DNA of 37,837 bases, from contig JANWHJ010000038.1 in assembly GCA_025450475.1 (NCBI GenBank), forward strand, positions 1 through 37,837, given 5' to 3'. The notes beneath the pieces are model-generated. The model did not search any database. It saw only the letters and a program-made list of their open reading frames with translations, and was not told the origin of the DNA. Below are positions 25,288 through 34,191 of the stretch, one piece after another; the stretch's first letter is position 1; each line of letters begins with the position of its first letter. The translations under genes were made by a program, and so were the position numbers. This DNA is from Nitrososphaera sp. Its GTDB lineage: Archaea > Thermoproteota > Nitrososphaeria > Nitrososphaerales > Nitrososphaeraceae.

Positions 25288-26939
25288 GGCTTACCCAACT
25301 TACCCTTCCACTGCTCTATTTCCTTTGCTTCTATCTTGCGAAATATCGGCTCTATTCTGCCAAGCTGATGGCCCGTCGGGATTGCGTTGATGTCTTTGGC
25401 TGATTCCCAAGTCTGCTGGTGCACACTCCCGCTCAGCTTGAGCTGTCTCCAGATCTTTTCGCATGAAAACGGGATGAATGGTTCTAGCAATAATGCGAGA
25501 CTTCGCACCGCGTTCACTGCAACATACAGTGTTGTGCCTGCAGTGTCCTTATTTGCCCAAGGCGCATTTGCTTGGAAATACTGATTCATGTAGCTGCCGT
25601 ATTTCATAATCCTCTTGAGTGCCCTGTCGATTTCGTTGCCTGTGAGCAGCTTGTTTACATCGTCCACAGTTGCCCCAAGTTCTTTTTCAAGCGAGCCATC
25701 AATGCTGGAAGGCTCTGGCACCCTGCCGCCAAACGACTTTTGCGTGAACGACAGCGCTCTGTTTACAAAGTTGCCGATGTTTGCGATGAGCTCGTTGTTT
25801 ATCCTTTCATAGAATGCATCAAAGTCGAAATTGAGGTCGTCCTGCGAATATGTCACCACGGACGCGATATAGAACCGCAAATAGTCGGGGTTGAACGCTA
25901 AAGTGAAATCCTTGAGCCCGATGTACCAGTTCCTGCTCTTTGATATCTTCTTGTTTTGCAGCATAAGATGGCCCCTTGTCGGCATATAGTCGGGCAGCTT
26001 GTATTCAGAGTCTATGCCAAGGCGCATCGCCGGCAAGAAGAGGTAATGATGGTAGACAATGTCTTTGCCGATGAAGTGGTAAACTTGCGACTCATTCCAG
26101 AACTTTTTACCATCGCCTCCCTTGTCGCTAATGAATTTCACCAGCGACGAAATGTAGCAGAGGTGGTTGTCAAACCAGCCGTAGAACACTTTGTCCTCTG
26201 CCTCAGCAAGGGGTATTGGCACACCCCATGAGAGGTCACGGGTGATGTCCCAGTCCTGCAGGCCCTCGTTGATCCAGTTGATGACGTAGTTCCTGACTTC
26301 AGGCTGCAAATTCGGGTTAGTAGACAACCACTCCTTTAACCTGTCGCCAAAGTTTGATAGCCGGAAAAAGTAGTGTGCACTCTCCTTTTTTACAGGTGTC
26401 CTGTCGCATATCGCACACTTGGGATCCAATATCTGGTCAGGCACGCGTCCGCACTTTTCGCAGAGATCGGAGTACTGGTTTTCAGCGCCGCAGTTGGGGC
26501 ACTTGCCAATGACATACCGGTCAGGCAGGAACTTGTCATCAAAAGTGCAGTAAAATTGAATTACATTCTGGTCATAGATGTGGCCGTATTCACGCAATTT
26601 CTTGAAGACATACTGGACGAACTCGACGTTCTCCTTGGAGCTTGTCTTGTAGAAAAAGTCAAACGAAATGCCCAATGAGCTAAAATCTTCGCGGTCGCGC
26701 ATGTTCCACCGCGCGACGTATTCTTCGGGGCTCTGTTTCTCCTTCTCCGCCCTTATCAGGATGGGGGTCCCAAAGTCGTCGGTAGCACATATGTGGTACG
26801 CCTCTATCCCGTTGAGCTTTAAGAAGCGAGTGAATATGTCTGCCGGCAGGTAGGTGGAGGCTATGTGCCCCAGATGTATCTCACCATTTGCATATGGGAG
26901 TGCGCTCGTGATGACCGCGCTCTTGCTTTCCGGCATCAC
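25284..26939 (-). CDS. metG: Methionyl-tRNA synthetase
   Basis: SALPYANGEIHLGH, zinc knuckles, WDITRD, FIGKDI and KISKS motifs; no C-terminal tRNA-binding OB domain. Confidence 0.97.
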   Translation of the reverse strand: MMPESKSAVITSALPYANGEIHLGHIASTYLPADIFTRFLKLNGIEAYHICATDDFGTPILIRAEKEKQSPEEYVARWNMRDREDFSSLGISFDFFYKTSSKENVEFVQYVFKKLREYGHIYDQNVIQFYCTFDDKFLPDRYVIGKCPNCGAENQYSDLCEKCGRVPDQILDPKCAICDRTPVKKESAHYFFRLSNFGDRLKEWLSTNPNLQPEVRNYVINWINEGLQDWDITRDLSWGVPIPLAEAEDKVFYGWFDNHLCYISSLVKFISDKGGDGKKFWNESQVYHFIGKDIVYHHYLFLPAMRLGIDSEYKLPDYMPTRGHLMLQNKKISKSRNWYIGLKDFTLAFNPDYLRFYIASVVTYSQDDLNFDFDAFYERINNELIANIGNFVNRALSFTQKSFGGRVPEPSSIDGSLEKELGATVDDVNKLLTGNEIDRALKRIMKYGSYMNQYFQANAPWANKDTAGTTLYVAVNAVRSLALLLEPFIPFSCEKIWRQLKLSGSVHQQTWESAKDINAIPTGHQLGRIEPIFRKIEAKEIEQWKGKLGKP

Positions 26940-27227
26940 AGTTCCAATCCATGTACTAGAATTTAATTTAATTGGAGTTTTGCTATCGTCTCTGCTCTAT
27001 TGTCATTTAGTTCTAGAGCTATGTCCATTGCGTCAGGGACAAGCCCTGTGACTTCACTATCTATTTTTCCCGGCACTCCGTGCAGAGTAGAAAACAGATA
27101 ATCGGCAAACTACAGTGCCATCATTTCCTGCGCGCGGCCGATGCGTGCGACACTCATTTGGCCGTAAGTTTGTTGTTTGCTATCACGCCGAGCATGCCTT
27201 TGCGATGTTTGGACTTGAACGAAAAGG

Positions 27228-27743
27228 CTACTGGTTTTCGTACTCTTCTTGAAACTTGGCCCTTCCTCTTCTCATTATTGCAAAGAGCGCAAGTATGACA
27301 GCTATCCATACGGCTGAAAGCATAATGTTAGTAAAGCTGACGTACAGGTACGGAGTCGCATCTACAAGGTTTTCTTGCATGGTCCTAAGAGACGCGTGAA
27401 TATCGTATAGGCCTGTATTGTATTCGGTACTATAGGGCTCTAGCGATGATATCGAGTTTGCGCGGGCAAGCATATCGTCAAGGTTGCGCTGGATGAGACC
27501 AAAGTCAGTCTTTGCCGTTGGGAACGACCACACGGGGTTGCCGCTCTCTGGAAGCTCCCTCTTTGCAGCCCTCACAAAGTCCGCTAGTTGCTCCGGGGTC
27601 TGCGCCGATTCGGCCCTCGCCAGGTAACCCAGCGCGCTGTCGACAGGGTAGATTGCCTGTTGGTAGCCGTAGAGGGCCATCCCTACACCAAAAGCCATTA
27701 GGACCATGACTCCTACCATCATGAGTCTGTACGACGACGCCAT
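27228..27743 (-). CDS. Hypothetical membrane protein with two TM helices
   Basis: N- and C-terminal hydrophobic helices flank a helical soluble domain. Confidence 0.75.
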   Translation of the reverse strand: MASSYRLMMVGVMVLMAFGVGMALYGYQQAIYPVDSALGYLARAESAQTPEQLADFVRAAKRELPESGNPVWSFPTAKTDFGLIQRNLDDMLARANSISSLEPYSTEYNTGLYDIHASLRTMQENLVDATPYLYVSFTNIMLSAVWIAVILALFAIMRRGRAKFQEEYENQ

Positions 27744-27838
27744 ACAGAAGATATGGCACCCCGGGCGTTATTTAGGTGTGGCGGAGACATGTTCTAACCG
27801 GACAACCATTTTATAACCAGATCGCCTATCGCACGGTA

Positions 27839-28144
27839 GTGGCTTTTGTCAAGGTTGCCCAGAGGGGCGAGATCAAAGAGAACGGTGGCAAGGAGCTCGA
27901 CATCAACGGCACAAGGGTCGCTCTATTTTTTACAAAGGGCAAGTACTATGCCATCGAGGCCCTGTGTCGCCACCAAGATGGTTCACTGGCCCCAGGCAAG
28001 ATAGACGGGGAAGTGGTTGAGTGCCCCCTACATTCTTGGCACTACAACATCAAGACGGGCGAGCTGCTAGACTACATGGAAGGAGTCAAGCTGACGACTT
28101 ACAAGGTGGACATCCGAGGAAACGACATTTACTTGGAAGTCTAA
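27839..28144 (+). CDS. Rieske [2Fe-2S] ferredoxin
   Basis: CRH...CPLH ligands; GTG start at 27839 after TATA box TTTTATAA (27809-27816). Confidence 0.92.
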   Translation: MAFVKVAQRGEIKENGGKELDINGTRVALFFTKGKYYAIEALCRHQDGSLAPGKIDGEVVECPLHSWHYNIKTGELLDYMEGVKLTTYKVDIRGNDIYLEV

Positions 28145-28177
28145 AAGTAAAATACCGGCTAAGCCACTTTAGCGGCA

Positions 28178-29566
28178 GTGAAATTATACAGTACGCTCAG
28201 CCGGCGAGTCGAGGATCTCGAGCCGCAAGACAACACCGTTAGGATGTACGTCTGCGGCGTTACGGTGTATGACAACTCGCACATTGGCCACGCGCGTACT
28301 GTGATCGTATTTGACACGCTACGAAGGTATCTGTTGTCAAAAGGCCACAAGGTTATTTTCGTGCAGAATTTCACGGATGTAGACGACAAGATAATCAATC
28401 GTGCGAAGGCAGAGGGCAAGAAGGCAGAGGAAATATCTGAAAAATACATCGAAAATTATTTCCACGATTTTGCCAGCCTGAACGTGATGCGTGCAGATCA
28501 TCATCCAAAGGCGACGGAACACATCCAGGAAATGCTCCAGCTGATCGAAGGTCTGATCAAAAAAGGCCACGCCTACCTTACGCTTAACGGCGTGTATTTC
28601 AGGGTAAGGTCTTTCCCCGGTTATGGCAAGCTGTCAAGAAAGCCGGTAGAGGAGCTCGAGTCCGGCGCGAGGATCGAAGTCGACCAGACAAAAGAAGACC
28701 CGCTCGACTTTGCGCTCTGGAAGTTCTATTCTGATGATCCCGTGTGGCCTAGTCCGTGGGGAAATGGAAGGCCTGGTTGGCACATAGAATGTTCTGCAAT
28801 GTCGAGAAAGTATCTCGGTGACACATTCGAGGTCCACGGAGGCGGACATGATCTCGTTTTCCCGCACCACGAAAACGAGATAGCCCAGTCAGAGTCGTAC
28901 ACAGGCAAGCAGTTTGCCAGGGTCTGGGTCCACACTGGCATGGTCACCATCAAGACACAAAAAATGAGCAAGTCCCTTGGCAACGTTATTACTATCCAGC
29001 AGGCGCTTAAGAGCTGGGGGATGAATCCGCTCAGGCTCTATTCCCTGTCGGTGCATTACGCCAAGCCGCTTGACTACACAGACGAACTCTTGAACGAATC
29101 GATACAGAGATGGAGACAGATAGAGACCTGCGTCTGCGAACTGCGATCCGCAGCAGGCAGCGGCGGCGAAGTTGACGCCGTGAGCAAGATGTGTGACGAA
29201 TCCCTGAAGGCGTTTGAAGCCGCGATGGACGACGACATGAACACATCGCTTGCGCTCACAGAGTTCCTGAAGCTCGTGTCCAACCTCAATCAGTACGCCG
29301 CGGCAGCTGGGCTGACAAAAGAGATGGCTGACTCTGCAATTCCGGTCTTTGACAAGATCATGGACGTTATCGGGCTCAAGACTATAGAAACCGGCGATCA
29401 AGAACGAAAAGAGATAGAAGGGCTGGTTGCAGACCGCAACAAGTTCAGGGGAGAGAAAAAATTCAAGGAGGCAGACGAGATCAGGAAAAAGCTGCTGGAG
29501 CGCTCTATCGAGCTCCTTGACCACAAGAGCAAGACCATCTGGATAAAGAGGGAAAGGCTAGAATAG
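28178..29566 (+). CDS. cysS: Cysteinyl-tRNA synthetase
   Basis: CGVTVYD.SHIGH, GRPGWHIECSAM, HGGG.DL.FPHHENE and KMSKS motifs. Confidence 0.98.
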   Translation: MKLYSTLSRRVEDLEPQDNTVRMYVCGVTVYDNSHIGHARTVIVFDTLRRYLLSKGHKVIFVQNFTDVDDKIINRAKAEGKKAEEISEKYIENYFHDFASLNVMRADHHPKATEHIQEMLQLIEGLIKKGHAYLTLNGVYFRVRSFPGYGKLSRKPVEELESGARIEVDQTKEDPLDFALWKFYSDDPVWPSPWGNGRPGWHIECSAMSRKYLGDTFEVHGGGHDLVFPHHENEIAQSESYTGKQFARVWVHTGMVTIKTQKMSKSLGNVITIQQALKSWGMNPLRLYSLSVHYAKPLDYTDELLNESIQRWRQIETCVCELRSAAGSGGEVDAVSKMCDESLKAFEAAMDDDMNTSLALTEFLKLVSNLNQYAAAAGLTKEMADSAIPVFDKIMDVIGLKTIETGDQERKEIEGLVADRNKFRGEKKFKEADEIRKKLLERSIELLDHKSKTIWIKRERLE

Positions 29567-29641
29567 TCAATTTTTACTCTTTTGTGCATCTTGTTGCACT
29601 CCCCCGCTAATGAGTTAGCCCGGCACCCCACAGATCTAGCC

Positions 29642-29986
29642 ATGAAGATAGTTGACGGAAAGCGAATGGGCTCAGTCACGGTTTTTGAGGATACCCTTAT
29701 GCTAGCGGAAGTAGTTGGCGACGTCATTCTCAACAGAGGCCATCTTGAGCTCAAGGGCAGGGTACTGGGCAACCTCTTTGTACGCGAGGGCACGTGCAGA
29801 ATGTTGGGGATAGTGCGGGGCAACCTTGAAAACGAGAAGGGCGACGTCGAGGTCTTTGGTACCGTTCACGGCAAAGTGATAACAAAGAGTGGTTATACCT
29901 ACGTTAACCCTGGCAGCAAGGTGGGCTCTATAGAGCACGCCGCGCCGGCAAAGAGAGAGGAAACAAAAGAAGCGATTAGCACCTAG
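29642..29986 (+). CDS. Bactofilin-like (polymer-forming) beta-helix protein
   Basis: About 17-residue repeats (GDVILNRGHLELKGRVL / GNLFVREGTCRMLGIVR / GNLENEKGDVEVFGTVH / GKVITKSGYTYVNPGSKV); ATG at 29642. Confidence 0.6.
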   Translation: MKIVDGKRMGSVTVFEDTLMLAEVVGDVILNRGHLELKGRVLGNLFVREGTCRMLGIVRGNLENEKGDVEVFGTVHGKVITKSGYTYVNPGSKVGSIEHAAPAKREETKEAIST

Positions 29987-30180
29987 GCTTTTTCCTGCTT
30001 TATCTTGTCCAGATCCTTCTGCAATAGCTCAATAGTTTTAGGTATCTCCTTTTCGGCACACGGGATGCAGATCTGCTGGAGCGACAGCGGGTACGTAAAA
30101 TATTTCTCGTTGAGGGCAATGTCTCGCTTGCACGACACGCACTTTTTCATTTTGTACGGGTCGGTATTCTTGATTATCAA
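29983..30180 (-). CDS. Small putative zinc-binding protein
   Basis: CVSC...CIPC plus C-terminal helix; start overlaps the stop of the beta-CASP gene. Confidence 0.75.
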   Translation of the reverse strand: MIIKNTDPYKMKKCVSCKRDIALNEKYFTYPLSLQQICIPCAEKEIPKTIELLQKDLDKIKQEKA

Positions 30181-31439
30181 ATCTCGACCACTTCACCTTG
30201 GTCCGGCGCATGCGCGTCAAAGCCGTACTTTTCCTTGATCTCCTCAGCAAATTTTACGCACGAGGGGCCGTCACCGTGCACAGTCAGAACTTTGGGGTTG
30301 CCCTTGACGCGGTCCAGGATTTCAAAGAGCTCATGCCTGCTATTGTGGCCAGAGAATTCAAACCGCTTGACGTCGGCGTAGCACTTTGTTATCTTGCCGT
30401 CAAAGTTGGCGACGCGCTTGTCAAGAAGCATCCTGCCCGGCGTCCCTTCGCCCTGGTACGAAACGAGCGCGATGCCGTTCTTGTCACTCTGTGCTATCTG
30501 CTGCGTATAAAAGATTGCAGAGCCGCCTACCAGCATCCCTGCCGGAGAAATTATCGCGCACGGCTCGTTGACCACTTTGCGCCTCCTGCTCCACCCCTGT
30601 ATCCATTCTGCCTCGCCTATTGCGCGCTTGAACATGTCCGGGTCCCTGAGGAATGCGGGGTGGCGGCTCATGATCTGGTTGGCCTTCAGAGCCATACCAT
30701 CCATGACCACCTTGTGCTTGAAATTGTAAGCCTTGAGCACGCAGGCTATCTCCTGCGACCTCTCAACCGAAAACGACGGGATGAACGCAGTGCCTCCGCG
30801 CTCTACGATGTCATTGATATATTCCATGAGATCCTTTTCAGCCTCTTCGCGGGGCTGCTGCTCATTTTGCGAATAAGTGCTTTCTATTATCAGCATGTCT
30901 ATTTCACCAAAGTCAAGGTCAGCCGGCCGCAACAGCTTTGAGCCGCGGGTGTTGATGTCACCTGTGTAGAACACTTTCTTTCCTTCGTGCTCCACCACCA
31001 CCGTTGAGCCGCCGACAACGTGCCCAGACTCGTGAAGCGTAACCTTCGCGTCGTTCACCATGTAGGGCTCCCTATACTGCATGTTCTTCGAATTCTTCAG
31101 CATGGTCATTACATCGATGTATTCAAACGGCAAATAGAACCCTGACAGCTTGATCATGTCTTCGATCAGCAATTCAGACAGCTCAAACGTCGGCAGGGTG
31201 CCGAGCGCCGGGATTTCGGCCGAGCCGGACAAATAAAGCGACGGTACAAAACCTGAATGATCTAAATGTGCGTGCGTGATGACTACTGCATCCACTTCCT
31301 TTGGCTTGACGTGCATCGGGAAAATTGGCTCCCGCTTTAGCAGGACGCCATAGTCCATCAGTATGTTTGTATTGTTGCAATTCAAGAGAAACGCCGAGCG
31401 GCCGACCTCTTTGGCCGCTCCCATAACCTTTACTTTCAA
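30177..31439 (-). CDS. Metallo-beta-lactamase beta-CASP ribonuclease (aCPSF2-like)
   Basis: GAAKEVGRS, THAHLDHSG, GHVVG, YTGD, ESTY and FSGH motifs; no KH domains; TTG 31439 likely start (ORF to 31472). Confidence 0.9.
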   Translation of the reverse strand: MKVKVMGAAKEVGRSAFLLNCNNTNILMDYGVLLKREPIFPMHVKPKEVDAVVITHAHLDHSGFVPSLYLSGSAEIPALGTLPTFELSELLIEDMIKLSGFYLPFEYIDVMTMLKNSKNMQYREPYMVNDAKVTLHESGHVVGGSTVVVEHEGKKVFYTGDINTRGSKLLRPADLDFGEIDMLIIESTYSQNEQQPREEAEKDLMEYINDIVERGGTAFIPSFSVERSQEIACVLKAYNFKHKVVMDGMALKANQIMSRHPAFLRDPDMFKRAIGEAEWIQGWSRRRKVVNEPCAIISPAGMLVGGSAIFYTQQIAQSDKNGIALVSYQGEGTPGRMLLDKRVANFDGKITKCYADVKRFEFSGHNSRHELFEILDRVKGNPKVLTVHGDGPSCVKFAEEIKEKYGFDAHAPDQGEVVEI

Positions 31440-31485
31440 TGTCTTATGCAATAAAGCTTGTCGGCAATACACGCTTTAAATCTTG

Positions 31486-32283
31486 CTAATCCCACTGCAC
31501 CTGCCAGAGCGGCTCCGGGGCTGCCAGGTTCTCTAGTTTTTGCAAATAGGCGTACCCGCATTCGTCAAGCACATTCTCAAAGTCATAGCTATCGACAGGT
31601 TCTTGCTCGGCCTGCTTTCTGAGGGCCTCTTTGACAATGCCTGCTTTTGCCGGCCTGCTGTAAATGTACCAGAGGTTGTGGGCGCCACGCATCTTGGTAA
31701 GTCCGGCGCGCCTATCGTCCGGCATTTTCGTGTAGATTCGGTTCATGATCTCTGTGTTGACGTCTTCCCACGACGGCGTCCTCCACCAGGCGACTTTCCG
31801 AAAGTCGTGGCCGTCAAACTCGGCCGCCAGACTAATGCCCTGATCAAGCGTGGTGACAATGACGTCGGTTTCGCGCGCAACCGGATCGCGAAAGTCCTGC
31901 CCAGGCTCCATCCAGCCCACAAAGATCATGTCGTATTTTTTATCGATCCAGTGTGCATCGGCGATCCTGATGTATTCCGGCTTTGCAATGCCAAGGCCGT
32001 AAAAGATCCCGCCATCCTTTTCGATTCCTTCGGCACTTGGAATAAATTCTCTTATACACTTCAAGAAGTCGGCGTACCCGCAGCCGACGTCAAGATAGCT
32101 CGGGCTGGGGGAGATCGCCCTGGCTATGGCAACGACGCGCAGAACGTCTACTTTGCGGTAGGCGAAATACGAGCCGGCGAAAAACGGAAAGCTGTATCGT
32201 TCGTGGTGGGGCGACAATGATGTTGACCTGAATTGGGTTAGCGCCTGGCGTGCCTTACGTAGGTCTTCAAGGCTAAACGGCAT
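31486..32283 (-). CDS. Class I SAM-dependent methyltransferase-like protein, paralogue B
   Basis: YLDVGCG motif I, GIE, IADA; clear paralogue of the upstream gene. Confidence 0.75.
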   Translation of the reverse strand: MPFSLEDLRKARQALTQFRSTSLSPHHERYSFPFFAGSYFAYRKVDVLRVVAIARAISPSPSYLDVGCGYADFLKCIREFIPSAEGIEKDGGIFYGLGIAKPEYIRIADAHWIDKKYDMIFVGWMEPGQDFRDPVARETDVIVTTLDQGISLAAEFDGHDFRKVAWWRTPSWEDVNTEIMNRIYTKMPDDRRAGLTKMRGAHNLWYIYSRPAKAGIVKEALRKQAEQEPVDSYDFENVLDECGYAYLQKLENLAAPEPLWQVQWD

Positions 32284-33120
32284 CTAGTCAAACATCACTT
32301 CCCACAGTTTCTGGTTGCTTGCAAGCGCGGGTAGCTTCTCACCGTAGTGGAACCCGCATTCGTCCAGAACAGACTCAAAGTTGAACCTGTCAACAGGTTC
32401 TTCTTTCTCCAATTGCGCTTTCAAGCCCGACCTGACCCTGTCTGCGACGTTCGGCCTTACGTAAACGTACCAAAAGTTGTGAGCAGTGCGTAACCTGGCA
32501 AGATCTTCTTTCTTCTCGGCGTCAAGTGATGGCGTGTAGTAGCGGTTCATGAGCTCTGCATTGACGTCGATCCAAGACGGCGTCCTCCACCATGCGACAC
32601 GCTGGTAGCCAAACTCTTCATATTCGCATCCGCCGTTTATCCCGCACTGGCCTCCTGCATCAAAAGTAGTGATCACACACTTGGCGCATTTTGCAACGAA
32701 CCTACGGAAATCCTGCCCCGGCTCCATCCAGCCGACAAATGCCGCGTCGACCGACAGGGAAAAGCCCTCTATCGGCATTAGACTAATGTAATCAGGCTTT
32801 TGCACCTGGAAGGCGTAAAAGATCCCCCCATCTCTTTCGATGCCGGTTGCATCTGGCAGAAGCTGCCGCACCTTGACTAGAAAGTCGCCGTAGCCACAGC
32901 CAATGTCGACATAGCTTGGATTGTTAGAGATTGACCTGGCAATTTCAGTCACCCTCCCAACGTCAATCCTGCGGTAGGCGAAATACGAGCCGGCGAAAAA
33001 CGGAAAGATGTAGCGGGCGTGTTGGGCAGGCGGGCCGCGGGCCAGAAACTGCTGATAAGCTTTGTACGCGCTCTGCAATTCCCGAATCGCAAAAGGCATC
33101 AACTTTTTTCTTCCATTCAA
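32284..33120 (-). CDS. Class I SAM-dependent methyltransferase-like protein, paralogue A
   Basis: YVDIGCG motif I, GIE; start may be ATG 33099 (MPFAI, matching MPFSL of the paralogue). Confidence 0.75.
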   Translation of the reverse strand: MNGRKKLMPFAIRELQSAYKAYQQFLARGPPAQHARYIFPFFAGSYFAYRRIDVGRVTEIARSISNNPSYVDIGCGYGDFLVKVRQLLPDATGIERDGGIFYAFQVQKPDYISLMPIEGFSLSVDAAFVGWMEPGQDFRRFVAKCAKCVITTFDAGGQCGINGGCEYEEFGYQRVAWWRTPSWIDVNAELMNRYYTPSLDAEKKEDLARLRTAHNFWYVYVRPNVADRVRSGLKAQLEKEEPVDRFNFESVLDECGFHYGEKLPALASNQKLWEVMFD

Positions 33121-33221
33121 TCCCTATATTTCTAATGCGTTTCGAAACTATCGCCGTTGATATATAACGGCGTTTGGGATAACCCAAAACGCTTATTAAG
33201 TTCGCTTTTCACTTTGGTGTT

Positions 33222-33440
33222 ATGGTTAGGAAATTTGATGACTGGTGGAGAACAGTTCCAGCAGACTTGAAGGCAAAGGCTCGCAGAGGCGACGAAGCAA
33301 ACAAACCGCTGCTCAACCAGGTTAACTATGTTCTTCTGCATCTTCACTTGGCAGGCAAGCACGACGCAAAGCCAAGCCACGAAGAACTGAAGGATTGGCT
33401 GCACAGTGGCCAAGTAGATGTTCTCCGCATGAACAAATAA
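33222..33440 (+). CDS. Hypothetical small protein
   Basis: 72-aa ORF with TATA-like CTTATTAAG about 25 nt upstream and a T-rich tract right after the stop. Confidence 0.8.
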   Translation: MVRKFDDWWRTVPADLKAKARRGDEANKPLLNQVNYVLLHLHLAGKHDAKPSHEELKDWLHSGQVDVLRMNK

Positions 33441-33581
33441 AATTTTCTCTTCTCTTTTCCTTTCTTTTTACAACCTTCCTAGCATAAGCGCATGTGCCCA
33501 GAGCCAAGTTATAACAGCGTTTTGTAATACCCATAGGGTTTAAATAGTTTCGAACAATACTGACTTCTAAGTGAATTATAG

Positions 33582-33875
33582 ATGCCAATTGCTATACTTC
33601 CAGACATTGATGAGCAAAGATGCATCGGCTGTGCACTCTGTGTGGAGATCTGCACCGCCCTTGGCCCGGACGTTCTCAGGGTAAAACCAGTCGAAGGATG
33701 GAAGAGGGGTAAGGCGTTCGTCTTTTATCCAGAAAGATGTATCTCAGACGGAGCTTGTTTAGGCGTATGCCCAACACACTCTATCTTCTGGATGAGGCCG
33801 ATGGAGTACACTCCAGGACAGCCAGTCCCTCTGCACAAGAACGGTGTCTTCGACAAGGGCTGGGAAGAAGGCTAA
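33582..33875 (+). CDS. 4Fe-4S dicluster-type ferredoxin
   Basis: CIGCALCVEIC and CISDGACLGVCP (Asp replaces one Cys); TTTAAATA upstream. Confidence 0.93.
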   Translation: MPIAILPDIDEQRCIGCALCVEICTALGPDVLRVKPVEGWKRGKAFVFYPERCISDGACLGVCPTHSIFWMRPMEYTPGQPVPLHKNGVFDKGWEEG

Positions 33876-33890
33876 GTCCCGGCGGCAAAA

Positions 33891-33917
33891 CTCCTTCTTT
33901 TTTTCATTTTTATTTAA
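33891..33917 (+). terminator. Oligo-T archaeal terminator-like tract after ferredoxin
   Basis: CTCCTTCTTTTTTTCATTTTTATTT directly downstream of the stop codon. Confidence 0.5.
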
Positions 33918-33960
33918 TCTATCAAAACGCTTATCTGCGATCTCATGCATTATTTCTCCA

Positions 33961-34077
33961 ATGTGCGATTATATGTATTACGAGCAAAAGCAAAGGGGTA
34001 AGCTGAAGAACTTGGTGCCTGTGGAAGAGCCCGAGCTAGAAAAGGTCGAAGAGCAGCCAATGACAGTAATGGCCTGA
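33961..34077 (+). CDS. 38-aa candidate small protein
   Basis: MCDYMYYEQKQRGKLKNLVPVEEPELEKVEEQPMTVMA*; followed at once by an oligo-T tract. Confidence 0.45.
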   Translation: MCDYMYYEQKQRGKLKNLVPVEEPELEKVEEQPMTVMA

Positions 34078-34191
34078 GCCCCTTCATTCTTTTTTTCTTT
34101 TTCGAGTTGATGTCCACTAAACGCAATGGCTCCGTGCAAACCTCTTTCACGATTGCTATTGCAGTCTTCAAGCTTATCCTGTGGCCGTATT

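Noticed and set aside
26963-27157. Minus-strand frame with an internal TAG (possible pseudogene or read-through)
   Set aside because: No recognisable family, no pyrrolysine machinery in the window, and it runs into the metG promoter.
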